64,000 nucleotides of DNA from positions 64,001-128,000 of the forward strand of contig JBMNLI010000007.1 of the NCBI GenBank assembly GCA_050952645.1. The letters are read 5' to 3'. This DNA is from Bdellovibrionota bacterium. Its GTDB lineage: Bacteria > Bdellovibrionota_C > UBA2361 > CAKMMH01. Of the stretch, positions 43,581-53,959 are shown one piece after another (position 1 is the stretch's first letter; every line of letters starts with the position of its first letter). A program made the translations under genes and the position numbers. The notes beneath the pieces are model-generated. The model saw only the letters and a program-made list of their open reading frames with translations. It was not told the origin of the DNA and searched no databases.

Positions 43581-43690
43581 GTGGCGGAAACTAGCAAAGA
43601 AATAGTTATAATTAGTTAGGAAGCTATAGAAAATATGATTTATACTACAAGGAATCAAAAGGCGATGTTTGATTTTGAGCTTACAGTAAA
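43581..43690 (+). pseudogene. ORF6N/KilA-N-like N-terminal remnant
   Basis: AGGAGG plus GTG; EAIENMIYTTRNQKAMFDFEL after an in-frame TAG. Confidence 0.45.
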
Positions 43691-43709
43691 ATCTAAGGGA
43701 TAATTTTGT

Positions 43710-44577
43710 ATGTCAAGTAATAAGAAAATAAAACTAGGGCAATTTTTTACGACGGGTTATGAATGGCTAAAGCCTCATGTTAAAGAGTTTATCGTTAAAT
43801 CTAATTGCACTGTAGCATACGACCGCTGGAGCAGGACATTTATTAGAGGTCGCTTCTTTCTATGGAATTAAACATGTAGTTGGTTTAGATATTGATCGGA
43901 GTTTAGACTGGGAATTAAACGATTCGTTAAAAAAAATTCCAAGTATTGATAATGCGATTATTATTACTAATCCTCCATATTTAGCAAAGCAATCTGCAAC
44001 TAGAAAAAAAATGGATTTATCAGAATATTTTAATTCGAGTGTATATGATGATTTATATTTAATCGCTTTAGACAGAATGCTAGAAGCACAAAAATATGTA
44101 GTTGCCATTATCCCAGAGTCTTTTATCAACTCTTCTTATAGAAAAAAACATTTATTATCATCTATAACGATATTAGAAGAAAATCCTTTTACAGATACTG
44201 AGGTTCCAGTTTGTGTAGTATGTTTTGATGGTGTGGGAAAGGATTTTAAAGATATAAAAGTTTATAAGAATGGAGATTTTGAAAATGACTTAGAAACGAT
44301 AGAGGCAATGAAACTTAGTCCAAGGGGGAATATAGATATTTCGTTTAATAATTTAAATAGCTGGGTAGGGCTTCGAGCGGTTGATAGCACTGATGATAGA
44401 GTGTGTATCAAGTTTGATTTCAAAGAAAATATTAAATATGATTGGGAAAATAATATAAAGGTTTCTTCAAGACATTATATGCTTATTGATATAAAGATTA
44501 AGGATTTTAAAAAGGGAGCATTTATTGAAGAATGTAATAAAATCTTAAGTACTATAAGAAAAAAATCTGCCGACACT
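43710..44577 (+). pseudogene. Frameshifted amino-DNA-methyltransferase-like gene, 3' fused to foreign fragments
   Basis: LGQFFT, broken YDP-AGAG motif at about 43820, ITNPPY. Confidence 0.7.
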
Positions 44578-44743
44578 ATGAACGAATTATACGAATTTAT
44601 GAAACAGGTCGATGTGATTGTGCTTTTCTGCCTGATCTACGGTCTTGCCATCAACGGCATCGTGTGGACGGTAAGTCAAACAATATTGGCTTGCCCTGTC
44701 AGAGCCATTGATTATATTGAATAAAATTTAAATAGTTTGATTT

Positions 44744-44759
44744 TGTTGTAAATGCAACA
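44744..44759. promoter_or_regulatory. Crp/Fnr-family (HcpR-type) palindrome upstream of the hcp operon
   Basis: TGTTG-TAAATG-CAACA, flanked by TTGATTT/AAATCAA. Confidence 0.55.
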
Positions 44760-44861
44760 TACAAATCAATTTTATAAAGATATAATCGAAATAACAAACT
44801 TGATGGAATTATCTGGTTATGCTATCTAATATCTAGGCACAAATTTATGGAGGTGTATAAA

Positions 44862-45176
44862 ATGATTGAGCAAATTTATGAAATGTCAACTGGAGATGAA
44901 AAAGCGGTTGAAAGAGTAATTCAGGATGAAAATATTCATTATATTCATATGGTCTTTAATAAGGATGAAGGCCTCCCAGAACATTTCTCTAATTCCAACG
45001 TTTATATGACAGTGGTAAGAGGGACTTTATCTATCGGGCTAAATGATCAAGAAGTTCACCAATATGATAAAGGAACTCTTTTGAAGATTCCTGTAAATAC
45101 AAAGATGAATGTAAAAAATTTATCCAAAAGTGTGCTTGAGTTAATTGTTGTAAAAGCACCGGCACCTTTGAAATAG
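44862..45176 (+). CDS. Cupin-domain protein
   Basis: EGLPEHFSNSNVYMTVVRG; RBS GGAGGTG; typical hcp neighbour. Confidence 0.85.
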   Translation: MIEQIYEMSTGDEKAVERVIQDENIHYIHMVFNKDEGLPEHFSNSNVYMTVVRGTLSIGLNDQEVHQYDKGTLLKIPVNTKMNVKNLSKSVLELIVVKAPAPLK

Positions 45177-45215
45177 TGAAACAAAATTTATAATCATTGA
45201 AAGGAGGAGCAAATA

Positions 45216-45380
45216 ATGATAAAATATGTATGTATCCCATGTGGATATATCTATGACCCACAAATAGGTGATCCAGATAGTGGAATAGCCCCTGGCACTG
45301 CGTTTGAAGATATCCCTGATAATTGGGTTTGCCCAATTTGCTTTGTGGGTAAAGATGAGTTTGAACCAGTAAAGGAATAA
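45216..45380 (+). CDS. Rubredoxin (54 aa; missed by the ORF track)
   Basis: [12 protein letters not shown]...[15 protein letters not shown]. Confidence 0.96.
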   Translation: MIKYVCIPCGYIYDPQIGDPDSGIAPGTAFEDIPDNWVCPICFVGKDEFEPVKE

Positions 45381-45398
45381 TACGAAGGAGGAACGATT

Positions 45399-47030
45399 AT
45401 GAGTATGTTTTGTTACCAATGCCAAGAAACCGCAAAAGGTACCGGTTGTGAGGTAAGAGGTGTGTGTGGCAAAAATGAGGAAGTTGCAAAATTGCAAGAC
45501 TTGCTGATTTATGTTACAAAAGGGATTTCTGAAATCGTGGTAAAAGGAAAAGTGGATGTTAAATCCATAAGTGAAGTAAATCATGAAGTTTTAAAAAGCC
45601 TTTTTATCACTATTACAAATGCTAATTTTGATGACGGTGCAATCGAAAATCAAATCCATAAAATGATTGGATTTAGAAACGAGCTAAAAAAACAGATTTC
45701 TGGTGTTAACCTTGGTGATGCGGCGGAGTTTGAAGTAAGCGATAGAGCGTCTATGTTAGACAAAGCATCTAAAGTAGGTGTTCTTTCAACCGAAAATGAA
45801 GATGTTCGTTCTCTTAGAGAAATGATTATCTATGGTTTGAAAGGTATGGCGGCATATACCCATCACGCTCTTAATATCGGAAAAGAAGATATTGCTATCA
45901 GTGCATTTATTTATGAAGCACTTGCGTCAACCCTTGATGATTCGTTGTCTGCAGATGATCTTGTGGCATTAACATTAAAGACAGGCGAGTTTGGCGTGAA
46001 GGCCATGGCACTGTTAGATGAAGCCAATACCTCTAAATATGGAAATCCTGAAATAACCAGCGTTAATATTGGGGTAAGAAACAATCCTGGAATACTGATT
46101 TCAGGCCATGACCTTACTGATTTAGAGCAACTACTGGAACAAACCAAGGGTACTGGTATTGATGTTTATACCCATAGCGAAATGCTTCCGGCACATTATT
46201 ATCCATTTTTTAAGAAGTATGATAATTTTGCGGGAAATTACGGCGGTTCATGGTGGCAGCAAGTTACCGAATTCGAAACCTTTAATGGACCAATCTTGTT
46301 TACTACAAACTGCATCGTACCTCCAAGAAGCGAAGAAATCAGAAAAAGAATCTTTACTTCCGGTGCATCGGGCTATCCTGGATGTCCTCACATCACAGCT
46401 GATGAAAATGGCAAAAAAGATTTTTCTGAAATTATTGCGATGGCAAAGCAGTGTAAGCCTCCTGTAGAAATTGAATCAGGCAATATTGTTGGCGGTTTTG
46501 CTCACAACCAAGTTTTTGCTCTTGCAGACAAAGTAGTTGATGCAGTAAAATCAGGTGCAATTAAGAAGTTTTTCGTCATGGCAGGCTGTGATGGCAGAAT
46601 GAAATCTCGTGAGTATTACACTGAGTTTGCAGAAAAACTACCGAAGGATACGGTTATTCTTACTGCAGGATGTGCCAAGTACCGTTATAATAAACTTGAG
46701 TTAGGAGATATTGGTGGTATTCCAAGAGTTCTTGATGCTGGCCAATGTAATGATTCCTACTCTCTTGCAGTAATCGCATTGAAGCTGAAAGAAATATTTG
46801 AACTTGAGGACGTTAACGATCTGCCGATTGCATTTAACATCGCATGGTATGAGCAAAAAGCGGTAATTGTCTTACTTGCATTACTTTATTTAGGTGTTAA
46901 GAATATTCACCTTGGTCCTACCTTGCCAGGATTTTTATCTCCTAACGTTGCAAAGGTCCTTGTTGAAAAGTTTGGCATTGCAGGTATCGGACAAGTTGAA
47001 GATGATATCAAGTTATTCATGGGCGAATAA
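45399..47030 (+). CDS. hcp: Hybrid cluster protein (hydroxylamine/NO reductase)
   Basis: [45 protein letters not shown]. Confidence 0.97.
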   Translation: MSMFCYQCQETAKGTGCEVRGVCGKNEEVAKLQDLLIYVTKGISEIVVKGKVDVKSISEVNHEVLKSLFITITNANFDDGAIENQIHKMIGFRNELKKQISGVNLGDAAEFEVSDRASMLDKASKVGVLSTENEDVRSLREMIIYGLKGMAAYTHHALNIGKEDIAISAFIYEALASTLDDSLSADDLVALTLKTGEFGVKAMALLDEANTSKYGNPEITSVNIGVRNNPGILISGHDLTDLEQLLEQTKGTGIDVYTHSEMLPAHYYPFFKKYDNFAGNYGGSWWQQVTEFETFNGPILFTTNCIVPPRSEEIRKRIFTSGASGYPGCPHITADENGKKDFSEIIAMAKQCKPPVEIESGNIVGGFAHNQVFALADKVVDAVKSGAIKKFFVMAGCDGRMKSREYYTEFAEKLPKDTVILTAGCAKYRYNKLELGDIGGIPRVLDAGQCNDSYSLAVIALKLKEIFELEDVNDLPIAFNIAWYEQKAVIVLLALLYLGVKNIHLGPTLPGFLSPNVAKVLVEKFGIAGIGQVEDDIKLFMGE

Positions 47031-47051
47031 TTCGTACTGATGTTTTAAATG

Positions 47052-47094
47052 AAAGGCAAAGATTCTGGTTGGAAATCGGAATCTTTGCCTTTTT
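47052..47094 (+). terminator. Rho-independent terminator after hcp
   Basis: AAAGGCAAAGATTC/GAATCTTTGCCTTT. Confidence 0.85.
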
Positions 47095-47106
47095 ATATTT
47101 AGAAAT

Positions 47107-47304
47107 ATGTATGTAGATGATTACTATCCACCACCGAAACGTCCCGGTTTTTTTGCTACATTATTTGGCGTGATTGCAGGTATCGATATTGCTACGGACG
47201 TTGGAATTATGGGCATGACCATGTTCACGGTTGCCAATTTGGTGGTAATAGAGGCAGTGGAGGTATGGACTAAGAGAAGGGATAGTCAAATGTTTCAAAG
47301 GTAA
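47107..47304 (+). CDS. Hypothetical small membrane protein or fragment
   Basis: ORF track; hydrophobic; lies in a mosaic region. Confidence 0.3.
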   Translation: MYVDDYYPPPKRPGFFATLFGVIAGIDIATDVGIMGMTMFTVANLVVIEAVEVWTKRRDSQMFQR

Positions 47305-47547
47305 ATTCCATTGTGAAAACGCATTGTTTAATCCAGACATTATGATTTCTGAATTAGATAAGATATTTGATAAATAGAGAGAAAGTAAACTTTCAGTTTC
47401 ATGGAGAGTCAAATTCCAATTTGTCTAATAGATGAGAATTATAATTTCTTGGATATATTCCCGCAAACGGCTCAAATACGAAAAAGGCTGTGGATATATT
47501 CCCTTGCTCGTAAAAATAGCCAAGACATTCAGCCTGTCGTATTGAGC

Positions 47548-47725
47548 CACATAGAGGTTGTAGGGGTGCTTCAAGCGTTAAATTGATGATATTTTTTTTT
47601 AAACTAAATTTTTTCTTGAATTGGAACTAAAATATTTATTATTTAAAAGTTAAATTTAGCTTTTTTTTTTGTAGACTATATAAAAAATAGTAAAAGAGAT
47701 ATGTCTAACTATGGTTAGCAACGCT
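47548..47725 (+). repeat. Host DNA copy B (second attR-like junction at CAC 47548-47550)
   Basis: Duplicate of 43295-43471, continuing into host sequence. Confidence 0.93.
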
Positions 47726-48624
47726 TGCTAAAGAAGCTGGAAATAAATTTGCTGGCTGGGGCAAGGCATTTTCTGAGCCTTTTGAGTCTGATGATAATAG
47801 TTTGGCTAAAAAAGTTAAAGATGGAATGTATAAAGTAGAAGAGATAAAAGACCTTTCTCTATTTTTAAATGGCTCATCGGTTTTTATACCCATTTCTCCA
47901 AGAAAAATCGCAGTAGGAACTAGTTCAAGCAAAATTAATATATTTAAATTATGTAAAGATTCTAAGAATAATTCTCAAGATAAGAAAAAACGCAGTTCGT
48001 ATACACCTAAATTTAACCTAATCATATCTGTAAAAGCACATGAAAAACAAGGAGAAATAAAAAATTTAATATTTAATGGTAAACATTTAGCGGCTGTTAT
48101 AGATGGAGAAGTTTTCGTATATAATAAAGAAGAAATACGAAGAAAAAGTTATCCATTCTAGATTAGTCGCAGCTAAAGATGGAAATTTTATCGCTATATC
48201 TACAGCTGGAAAAATTTACAAATTTACTATCATAGAAGACGAAAGAGAAGGAAAGATATTAACAGAAGATAAGATGCTATTAGATGCAAAATGTAGTGTA
48301 AGCTACGTAAGCGATATTATGTATAATAAAGATCGCCCAGATAGAGCTAAGTTTTTTATTATTGATGAAGAAAATAATCTTAAAAAATATAGTATAAATA
48401 CAAAAGATAATACCATAGAAAGCGAAGATAGCGTATCGTTAGATAAGTATATTAGCAAAAATGAAAAGCCTATTTGTGTTTTAAAACATGGGCATCGTGA
48501 TAATGTAGTATACGTCGTTTTAGCTAGCAGTGCTCATTTGCGTGCTTTAAAGTTGACAAAGTTAAACAAAAGAAAGAAACAAAAGAAAGAGACAAAAGAA
48601 AAAAACAAAAGAAAGAAGAATTAA
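47701..48624 (+). pseudogene. Host hypothetical gene split by at least two frameshifts
   Basis: ATG 47701 stops after 5 codons while the adjacent frame is open into ORF 47802; overlapping ORFs 47802-48161 and 48103-48624. Confidence 0.5.
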
Positions 48625-48631
48625 CAAATAA

Positions 48632-49207
48632 TTAAATATATAGCTTATTTTTTATAACATAATCTAACACTTCTTTTTCGATTAAATCTGAATGCCTATG
48701 CTTTTTTAATTCTTCACGGATATTAGTAGAAGATATTTTTTTAGGTTTTACTAAAGTAAAAATAATATTATTTAAATACTCATTAAACTCACTTTCTAAA
48801 AATTCTCTATTTATATCGTTTCTAGCAATAACTAAAAGTTTGTAATTAGATAAGACGTATGTATACCTTTTCCAAGTTTTAAATTCAAATAAATTATCAT
48901 AGCCTAAGATAAAATAAAGCTCACTGCCTTTATACACTTCTGAGAAATGATCTAATGTTTGATAAGTATATTTTAAATCTCCGTAAAGTTCAAAATCATC
49001 TACTTCTAGCCTCTCATTTCCCTTACACATTATCTTTAACATATTTAACCTATGAATATCATCTGCTAGACCTTTCTTGTCGTATTTATTACTAGCCGGA
49101 ACGTAGATTACTTTATCGCAGTAGTTTTTTTCTAGTAAATCTAAAGCGATTTGCTTATGCATTATATGACAAGGGTTAAAACAACCACCGAAAATAGCTA
49201 TCTTCAT
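48632..49207 (-). CDS. nadD: Nicotinate-nucleotide adenylyltransferase
   Basis: IAIFGGCFNPCHIMH, YTYQTL, FILGYDN, ISSTNIRE. Confidence 0.93.
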   Translation of the reverse strand: MKIAIFGGCFNPCHIMHKQIALDLLEKNYCDKVIYVPASNKYDKKGLADDIHRLNMLKIMCKGNERLEVDDFELYGDLKYTYQTLDHFSEVYKGSELYFILGYDNLFEFKTWKRYTYVLSNYKLLVIARNDINREFLESEFNEYLNNIIFTLVKPKKISSTNIREELKKHRHSDLIEKEVLDYVIKNKLYI

Positions 49208-51143
49208 AGTCCTTTACACTTTCTAAATCTTTAAGCCATACGCTACAAGAAGCATCGCTAGGCATTTTAAAATCACCTCTAGGAGATAGGGAAACGCTTC
49301 CAACTTTAACTCCATCAGGCATACAGCTACGCTTAAATTGCTGAGAGAAAAATCTTTTAAAAAATACGTTTAACCATTTTAATATTTCTTTATTACTATA
49401 ATCATCTTTAAACGTATTTTTAGCTAGCTCGAAAATTTTTGAAGGCGTCGCCTTATTTCTTATAAAATGGTATAAGAAAAAATCATGCAAAACGTAAGGC
49501 CCTATCTTATCTTCCGTCTTTTGAATAATATCTCCTTTGCTATCTAGTGGTAATAACTCGGGAGATATTGGTGTATCAAGAATATCGTTTAACACATTAA
49601 AAATTTTTTTATCTATATCTGCATCTGCATTTATATCATCTCTTGTATTATCCCTAATGTGCGCAATTAAGTATTTTACAAGAGTTTTAGGGATTGAGGA
49701 GTTCGCGGCATACATGCTCATATGGTCGCCATTATAAGTAGACCAGCCAAGAGCAATTTCGCTCAAATCGCCCGTTCCAATAACTAATCCTCCCTCTTTA
49801 TTAGCTATGTCCATTAATATTTGAGTCCTTTCTCTAGCTTGAACATTTTCATAAGTCGTATCGTAAATGTTTGCATCATGGTCTATATCTTTAAAATGTA
49901 GTAGTGAAGCCTCTTTTATATCGATTTCTTTTAAAGTAGTGCCATAAACTTTAGCTAGTTTAAGAGCATTTTGATAAGTCCTGTCGGTAGTTCCAAAGCC
50001 TCTCATAGTTATAGTTATAATATTTGAGTTATCTATATTTAATTTTTTATTTGCTCTATCGATCACTAATAATGCTAAGGTAGAATCTAACCCTCCAGAT
50101 AATCCTATCACCGTTTTGTTAATTTCCGTATGTTTCATTCTTTTAGCTAGACCACTGCTTTGAATGTTTAATATTTCTTCGCATCTTTCTTTTCTATTTT
50201 TTTCCTCAACTTGAATGAATGGAGTTTTTTCGTATCGTCTATTTAATGTTTGTTTAGCATTGCTAAGCACGAAAGGAACGTATCTAAAATTATCTTTTTT
50301 AGCATCGTTTATAAAATTTATTCTATCGTTAATCAACTTAGAAACATCGATATCTCCAGTTATAAGTTCACCATCAAAATTAAATCTTTCTCCTTCGTTT
50401 ATTAGTTTTCCAGCTTCATAAATAATATTAGCACCACTAAAAACTAAATCTGTAGTGCTTTCATTTATATTATTAGAAACGTAAACGTAGCCTGTAAGCG
50501 TTTTGCTAGATTGAACTTTGATTAAATCGTGTCTTTTTTGATGTTTAGAAACTAGTTCATTACTAGCAGCTAAGTTGAATATTAAGTTAGCACCACCTAA
50601 TGCAAGTTTGCTACTATTAGGATAGATGCTCCATAAATCCTCACCAATTTCTACACCGAAAGCGTATTTATCATTCTTAAATATTAAATCTGTGCCACAG
50701 CTAACTTCTTCATCATCAAAGATAAAAGTTTTAACTTGAAGTTCGTTTTTAAACCATCTTTTTTCAGAGAATTCATTATAATTGACTAAATTAGTTTTAG
50801 GTATCACTCCTAGAATCTTGCCTTTATTTATTACAACGGCGCAGTTATGCAATCCGCCGTCTATTAAAATAGGAGCACCTACTATAAAGGTAATATTTTT
50901 CTTAGTAGAATATTTTTTTAAATTTATTAGCGATTTCTTACTAGCATTAATTAAGGTTTCTTGTAAAAATAGGTCGGCACACGAGTAGCTAGTAATGGAG
51001 AGCTCACCAAAAGATAAGATATCGACTTTTTGCTTTACAGCTTTATCGACCATTTTTATTATTTCATCAGTGTTGTAATCGGTATCTCCAACTTTTAATG
51101 AAGTATTAGCACCACTAACTCTAATAAAACCAAATTTTTTCAT
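49176..51143 (-). CDS. nadE: Two-domain NAD+ synthetase with the nitrilase catalytic Cys replaced by Gly
   Basis: SGGLDSTL, ENVQARERTQILMD, GTGDLSE, TPISPEL; nitrilase motif reads VEIGEDLW. Confidence 0.95.
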   Translation of the reverse strand: MKKFGFIRVSGANTSLKVGDTDYNTDEIIKMVDKAVKQKVDILSFGELSITSYSCADLFLQETLINASKKSLINLKKYSTKKNITFIVGAPILIDGGLHNCAVVINKGKILGVIPKTNLVNYNEFSEKRWFKNELQVKTFIFDDEEVSCGTDLIFKNDKYAFGVEIGEDLWSIYPNSSKLALGGANLIFNLAASNELVSKHQKRHDLIKVQSSKTLTGYVYVSNNINESTTDLVFSGANIIYEAGKLINEGERFNFDGELITGDIDVSKLINDRINFINDAKKDNFRYVPFVLSNAKQTLNRRYEKTPFIQVEEKNRKERCEEILNIQSSGLAKRMKHTEINKTVIGLSGGLDSTLALLVIDRANKKLNIDNSNIITITMRGFGTTDRTYQNALKLAKVYGTTLKEIDIKEASLLHFKDIDHDANIYDTTYENVQARERTQILMDIANKEGGLVIGTGDLSEIALGWSTYNGDHMSMYAANSSIPKTLVKYLIAHIRDNTRDDINADADIDKKIFNVLNDILDTPISPELLPLDSKGDIIQKTEDKIGPYVLHDFFLYHFIRNKATPSKIFELAKNTFKDDYSNKEILKWLNVFFKRFFSQQFKRSCMPDGVKVGSVSLSPRGDFKMPSDASCSVWLKDLESVKDYEDSYFRWLF

Positions 51144-51285
51144 AGGCGCTACCTTTAAAAAAGTTATAAATTTTAGAATCTCCATTTCTTAGCTTATCTT
51201 CTTCTTTGTTTTTTCTTTTAACTTATTTTCTTAAAATATTTTTTTTAACAAAAAGCATTTAGTTTAATTTAACAATCTCTCGCAC

Positions 51286-51345
51286 GATAAATATCCGTGA
51301 TAAATATTTATGATAAATATTTATGATAAATATAATGTGATAAAA
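51286..51345. repeat. 13-bp tandem repeat (TGATAAATATTTA-like) x4-5
   Basis: Read directly. Confidence 0.75.
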
Positions 51346-51349
51346 AAAA

Positions 51350-51383
51350 TGCTACAAGCTAAAAAAAAATTTTAACTTGTAGC
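51350..51383 (-). terminator. Terminator-like hairpin after the 51410 gene
   Basis: GCTACAAG/CTTGTAGC with an A tract on the + strand. Confidence 0.55.
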
Positions 51384-51409
51384 TGTATAGTCGATTTCTT
51401 AAAACTGTT

Positions 51410-52525
51410 TTAAGCACACTGCATGCCAGCAGTGCCTAACAGTGTAAGCATATTCCCTACAATCTTTGCTAAGTTAGAAAGAAGCAGAGCCTTAGGAATA
51501 TTTTTTATTTCCGGCGCAATGGCAATGATGTCCTTCGGCAATGTTCCACAGCTCGAAAGCGCAAGCAACGTTTTTAATGTTTGGTCTAGCGCAAATGGTT
51601 GCGAAGTAGCAATAAGGGCGATGAAGTCTTTAGGAGTTGCTTTAGATTCTTCATCAAGTCTTTTAAGTTCTTTAAAGAACTCGATAACGGTATCCTTAGT
51701 TGTCGGAGCGTTATCTTTTTGACTCTCACGGCAAGTTTTAACTGCGCATAGTTTCTTACTGAGGCTATCGTAAATTTCAAGACAATCTTTAATCGTTACG
51801 TTAGCCTCACGCATTAAATATTGCAAAGTAAGATCGCTATTTCCTGTTTTCTTTTCACGTGGATCTATGCAATCTTGACCGAGCGTCAGTTCTACTAATT
51901 CTCGGTGCATAAAAATTGCTTTCATAGCGTCGAACTCATTGTCGTAAATCTGCAAATCAGGCGAAATTTTCGCTAATAACTCATTTTCTTCTTTTGTGAG
52001 TTTGCGGTCACTTCCTAGAAGCCCTACTACTTGAATGTTTGGTTCTATGCCTGATTTTTTTAGCACAGCAAGCTGTATCAAAAAATAGTAAAAACGTTTG
52101 CAAACGTTTGGGAGTGATGAGCCAAACACCATAGCAATAACGTCAGAAGATTGCTTATCAGCAAACGCATCCTTATTAAAGCGATAGGCATTATATAATA
52201 ATGCTTCAATGTCGTTCCTTTCTCCTTCACTAAACGACGTTAAATCAATGGGAGCATTTAAAAGCTTAGCAAACTCTTCGTTATTAGCGTTTAGCTTCAT
52301 AAAATCTTCAAGAAGTGTAAAGATTTCTTTAAGAGTCATTTCTTTAAGGTTGTTCGGCTCTTTCCCAATAAGACATTCCTTAATTAACTTAATTAAGATG
52401 TCGTTAGGTTTAATAACAACGATGCCATCATTTTTTTCTTTAATTTCGATAAATGGTGCTAAAGGGTTGCTAGCCAATAATTGACGCAATAATAAACACA
52501 ACTTATCTTGCTGCAATCTATCCAT
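51410..52525 (-). CDS. Hypothetical protein (371 aa)
   Basis: Long ORF with its own promoter-like and terminator-like signals; PTTKDT and SQPF motifs; family uncertain. Confidence 0.75.
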   Translation of the reverse strand: MDRLQQDKLCLLLRQLLASNPLAPFIEIKEKNDGIVVIKPNDILIKLIKECLIGKEPNNLKEMTLKEIFTLLEDFMKLNANNEEFAKLLNAPIDLTSFSEGERNDIEALLYNAYRFNKDAFADKQSSDVIAMVFGSSLPNVCKRFYYFLIQLAVLKKSGIEPNIQVVGLLGSDRKLTKEENELLAKISPDLQIYDNEFDAMKAIFMHRELVELTLGQDCIDPREKKTGNSDLTLQYLMREANVTIKDCLEIYDSLSKKLCAVKTCRESQKDNAPTTKDTVIEFFKELKRLDEESKATPKDFIALIATSQPFALDQTLKTLLALSSCGTLPKDIIAIAPEIKNIPKALLLSNLAKIVGNMLTLLGTAGMQCA

Positions 52526-52642
52526 TGCATTTCTCTCTTTCTAGCAAGAGTAAAAACTTGTTAGAAGTTCTTTTTTTTTAAGAACTCCGAAACCTAAAAG
52601 GGTTCGACTGATAAAAAAATTATCAGTGTTCCTCTAAAAACG

Positions 52643-52671
52643 ATAGTATAGCATTTTTATTTTTTAGTCAA
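52643..52671 (-). promoter_or_regulatory. Sigma70-like promoter for the 51410-52525 gene
   Basis: TTGACT and extended -10 TGCTATACT on the minus strand. Confidence 0.5.
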
Positions 52672-52723
52672 AATTAGCAGGTTTATTTTCATTTTAGAAA
52701 TAGCCATGAAATAAGCTTTATTG

Positions 52724-53959
52724 TTAAATCACAAATTTTCCTTTCTTGATAATATCTATCTTCTCTCCATTCCTAGTTTCGGCTGTTACATCGACCTCAG
52801 GAGATGAAATCATGATATCTTTATGAAAATTACTAAAATTAAATCCTTCGTTTTTGAGTTCTTCCCTAGTCATCTTTTCGCTTCCTTTAATAATATGCTC
52901 GAACCCATGACCTAAAGCGATATGACAAGCCGCATTTTCATCAAAAAGAATCTCTTCAAAAATATGTCCACTTTGAAAAATAGGGGAGTCGGTGCCAACT
53001 AAAGCGACTTCACCAAGTCTTGAAGCCCCGTCTTCGGCTTCAATAAAACTAGCAAAATTTTCTTTTCCATCGGTAGCATCAAAATCCGTAACTACGCCAT
53101 TAGTAAAAGTCATCCTTAAATCTCTTACTTGCTTTTCACTAATAAGAACTGGGCGAGTAGCTTGCACGGTTCCCCTTACCGTTCTCCAATCTGGAGTGGT
53201 ATAAATTTCCTCAGAGGGAATATTTGGCTCAAATGATATTCCATCGTCTGTTATCGTGGAACCACCAGCAAACGTAGCTTTAGGAGAAAGCCCAATGTAT
53301 AAATCTGTATCTGGTCCTTTAAAATGGAATTCTTTTATATTTAAAGAAGATAATTTTTCTATGCGTGATTTTATTTCTTTATCTCTTTTTAGCCAAAGTT
53401 CTAAACAATCCTCTTTGTCAACTAGGCATATCTTAAAAATTTGCTCCCATAAAGCACTTTCAGCTTCTTTTTCCGTTAAAGAAGGAAAGATTTTTTTTGC
53501 CCATTTAGGAGTTGCCATAGCGGCAATGCACCAAGTAAATTTTTTCTGCCCGATGCCCTCTTCATAAAATTTTTTAGCGGCTCGTTTTACAGCAAGATCC
53601 CGAGCAGTAATTTTTTTAGGGTCTTCATTGCTTAAAATATCTGGGTCTTCTTGGCAATGAAGTCTTAAGGTTGAAATTCTTTTTTCTACAAATTCATCAA
53701 ATTTTTTAACTTGATAATCGAGCATTAAACTTAAATCTTCAATATTTGTTTTGCTTATGCGAAGCTTTTCTATTCTACTATCGATTAAATCTAAATATAC
53801 CGCTTTTGCCCCCATATCGTAGGCTTTTTCTGCTATAAGCACGGCAAAATCTCTGCCATAACATTCAACTTGAATATTTAAAATCCCGCCTTTTTGTATA
53901 TTAACGCCATGAGTTAAAATTAAATCTGCATACCTGTTAAGTAAAATATCCATATCCAT
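52724..53959 (-). CDS. Aminopeptidase, M29 (AmpS/PepS) family
   Basis: PNIPSEEIYTTP, LGEVALV, LFDENAACHIALG, S..HKDIMI. Confidence 0.93.
   Translation of the reverse strand: MDMDILLNRYADLILTHGVNIQKGGILNIQVECYGRDFAVLIAEKAYDMGAKAVYLDLIDSRIEKLRISKTNIEDLSLMLDYQVKKFDEFVEKRISTLRLHCQEDPDILSNEDPKKITARDLAVKRAAKKFYEEGIGQKKFTWCIAAMATPKWAKKIFPSLTEKEAESALWEQIFKICLVDKEDCLELWLKRDKEIKSRIEKLSSLNIKEFHFKGPDTDLYIGLSPKATFAGGSTITDDGISFEPNIPSEEIYTTPDWRTVRGTVQATRPVLISEKQVRDLRMTFTNGVVTDFDATDGKENFASFIEAEDGASRLGEVALVGTDSPIFQSGHIFEEILFDENAACHIALGHGFEHIIKGSEKMTREELKNEGFNFSNFHKDIMISSPEVDVTAETRNGEKIDIIKKGKFVI

Noticed and set aside
45031..45584. Minus-strand ORFs 45031-45336 and 45141-45584
   Set aside because: Shadows of the cupin, rubredoxin and hcp genes on the plus strand.
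47401..47586. 61-aa ORF as a real gene
   Set aside because: Chimera of rlmD-like relics and the displaced host tail; no RBS.
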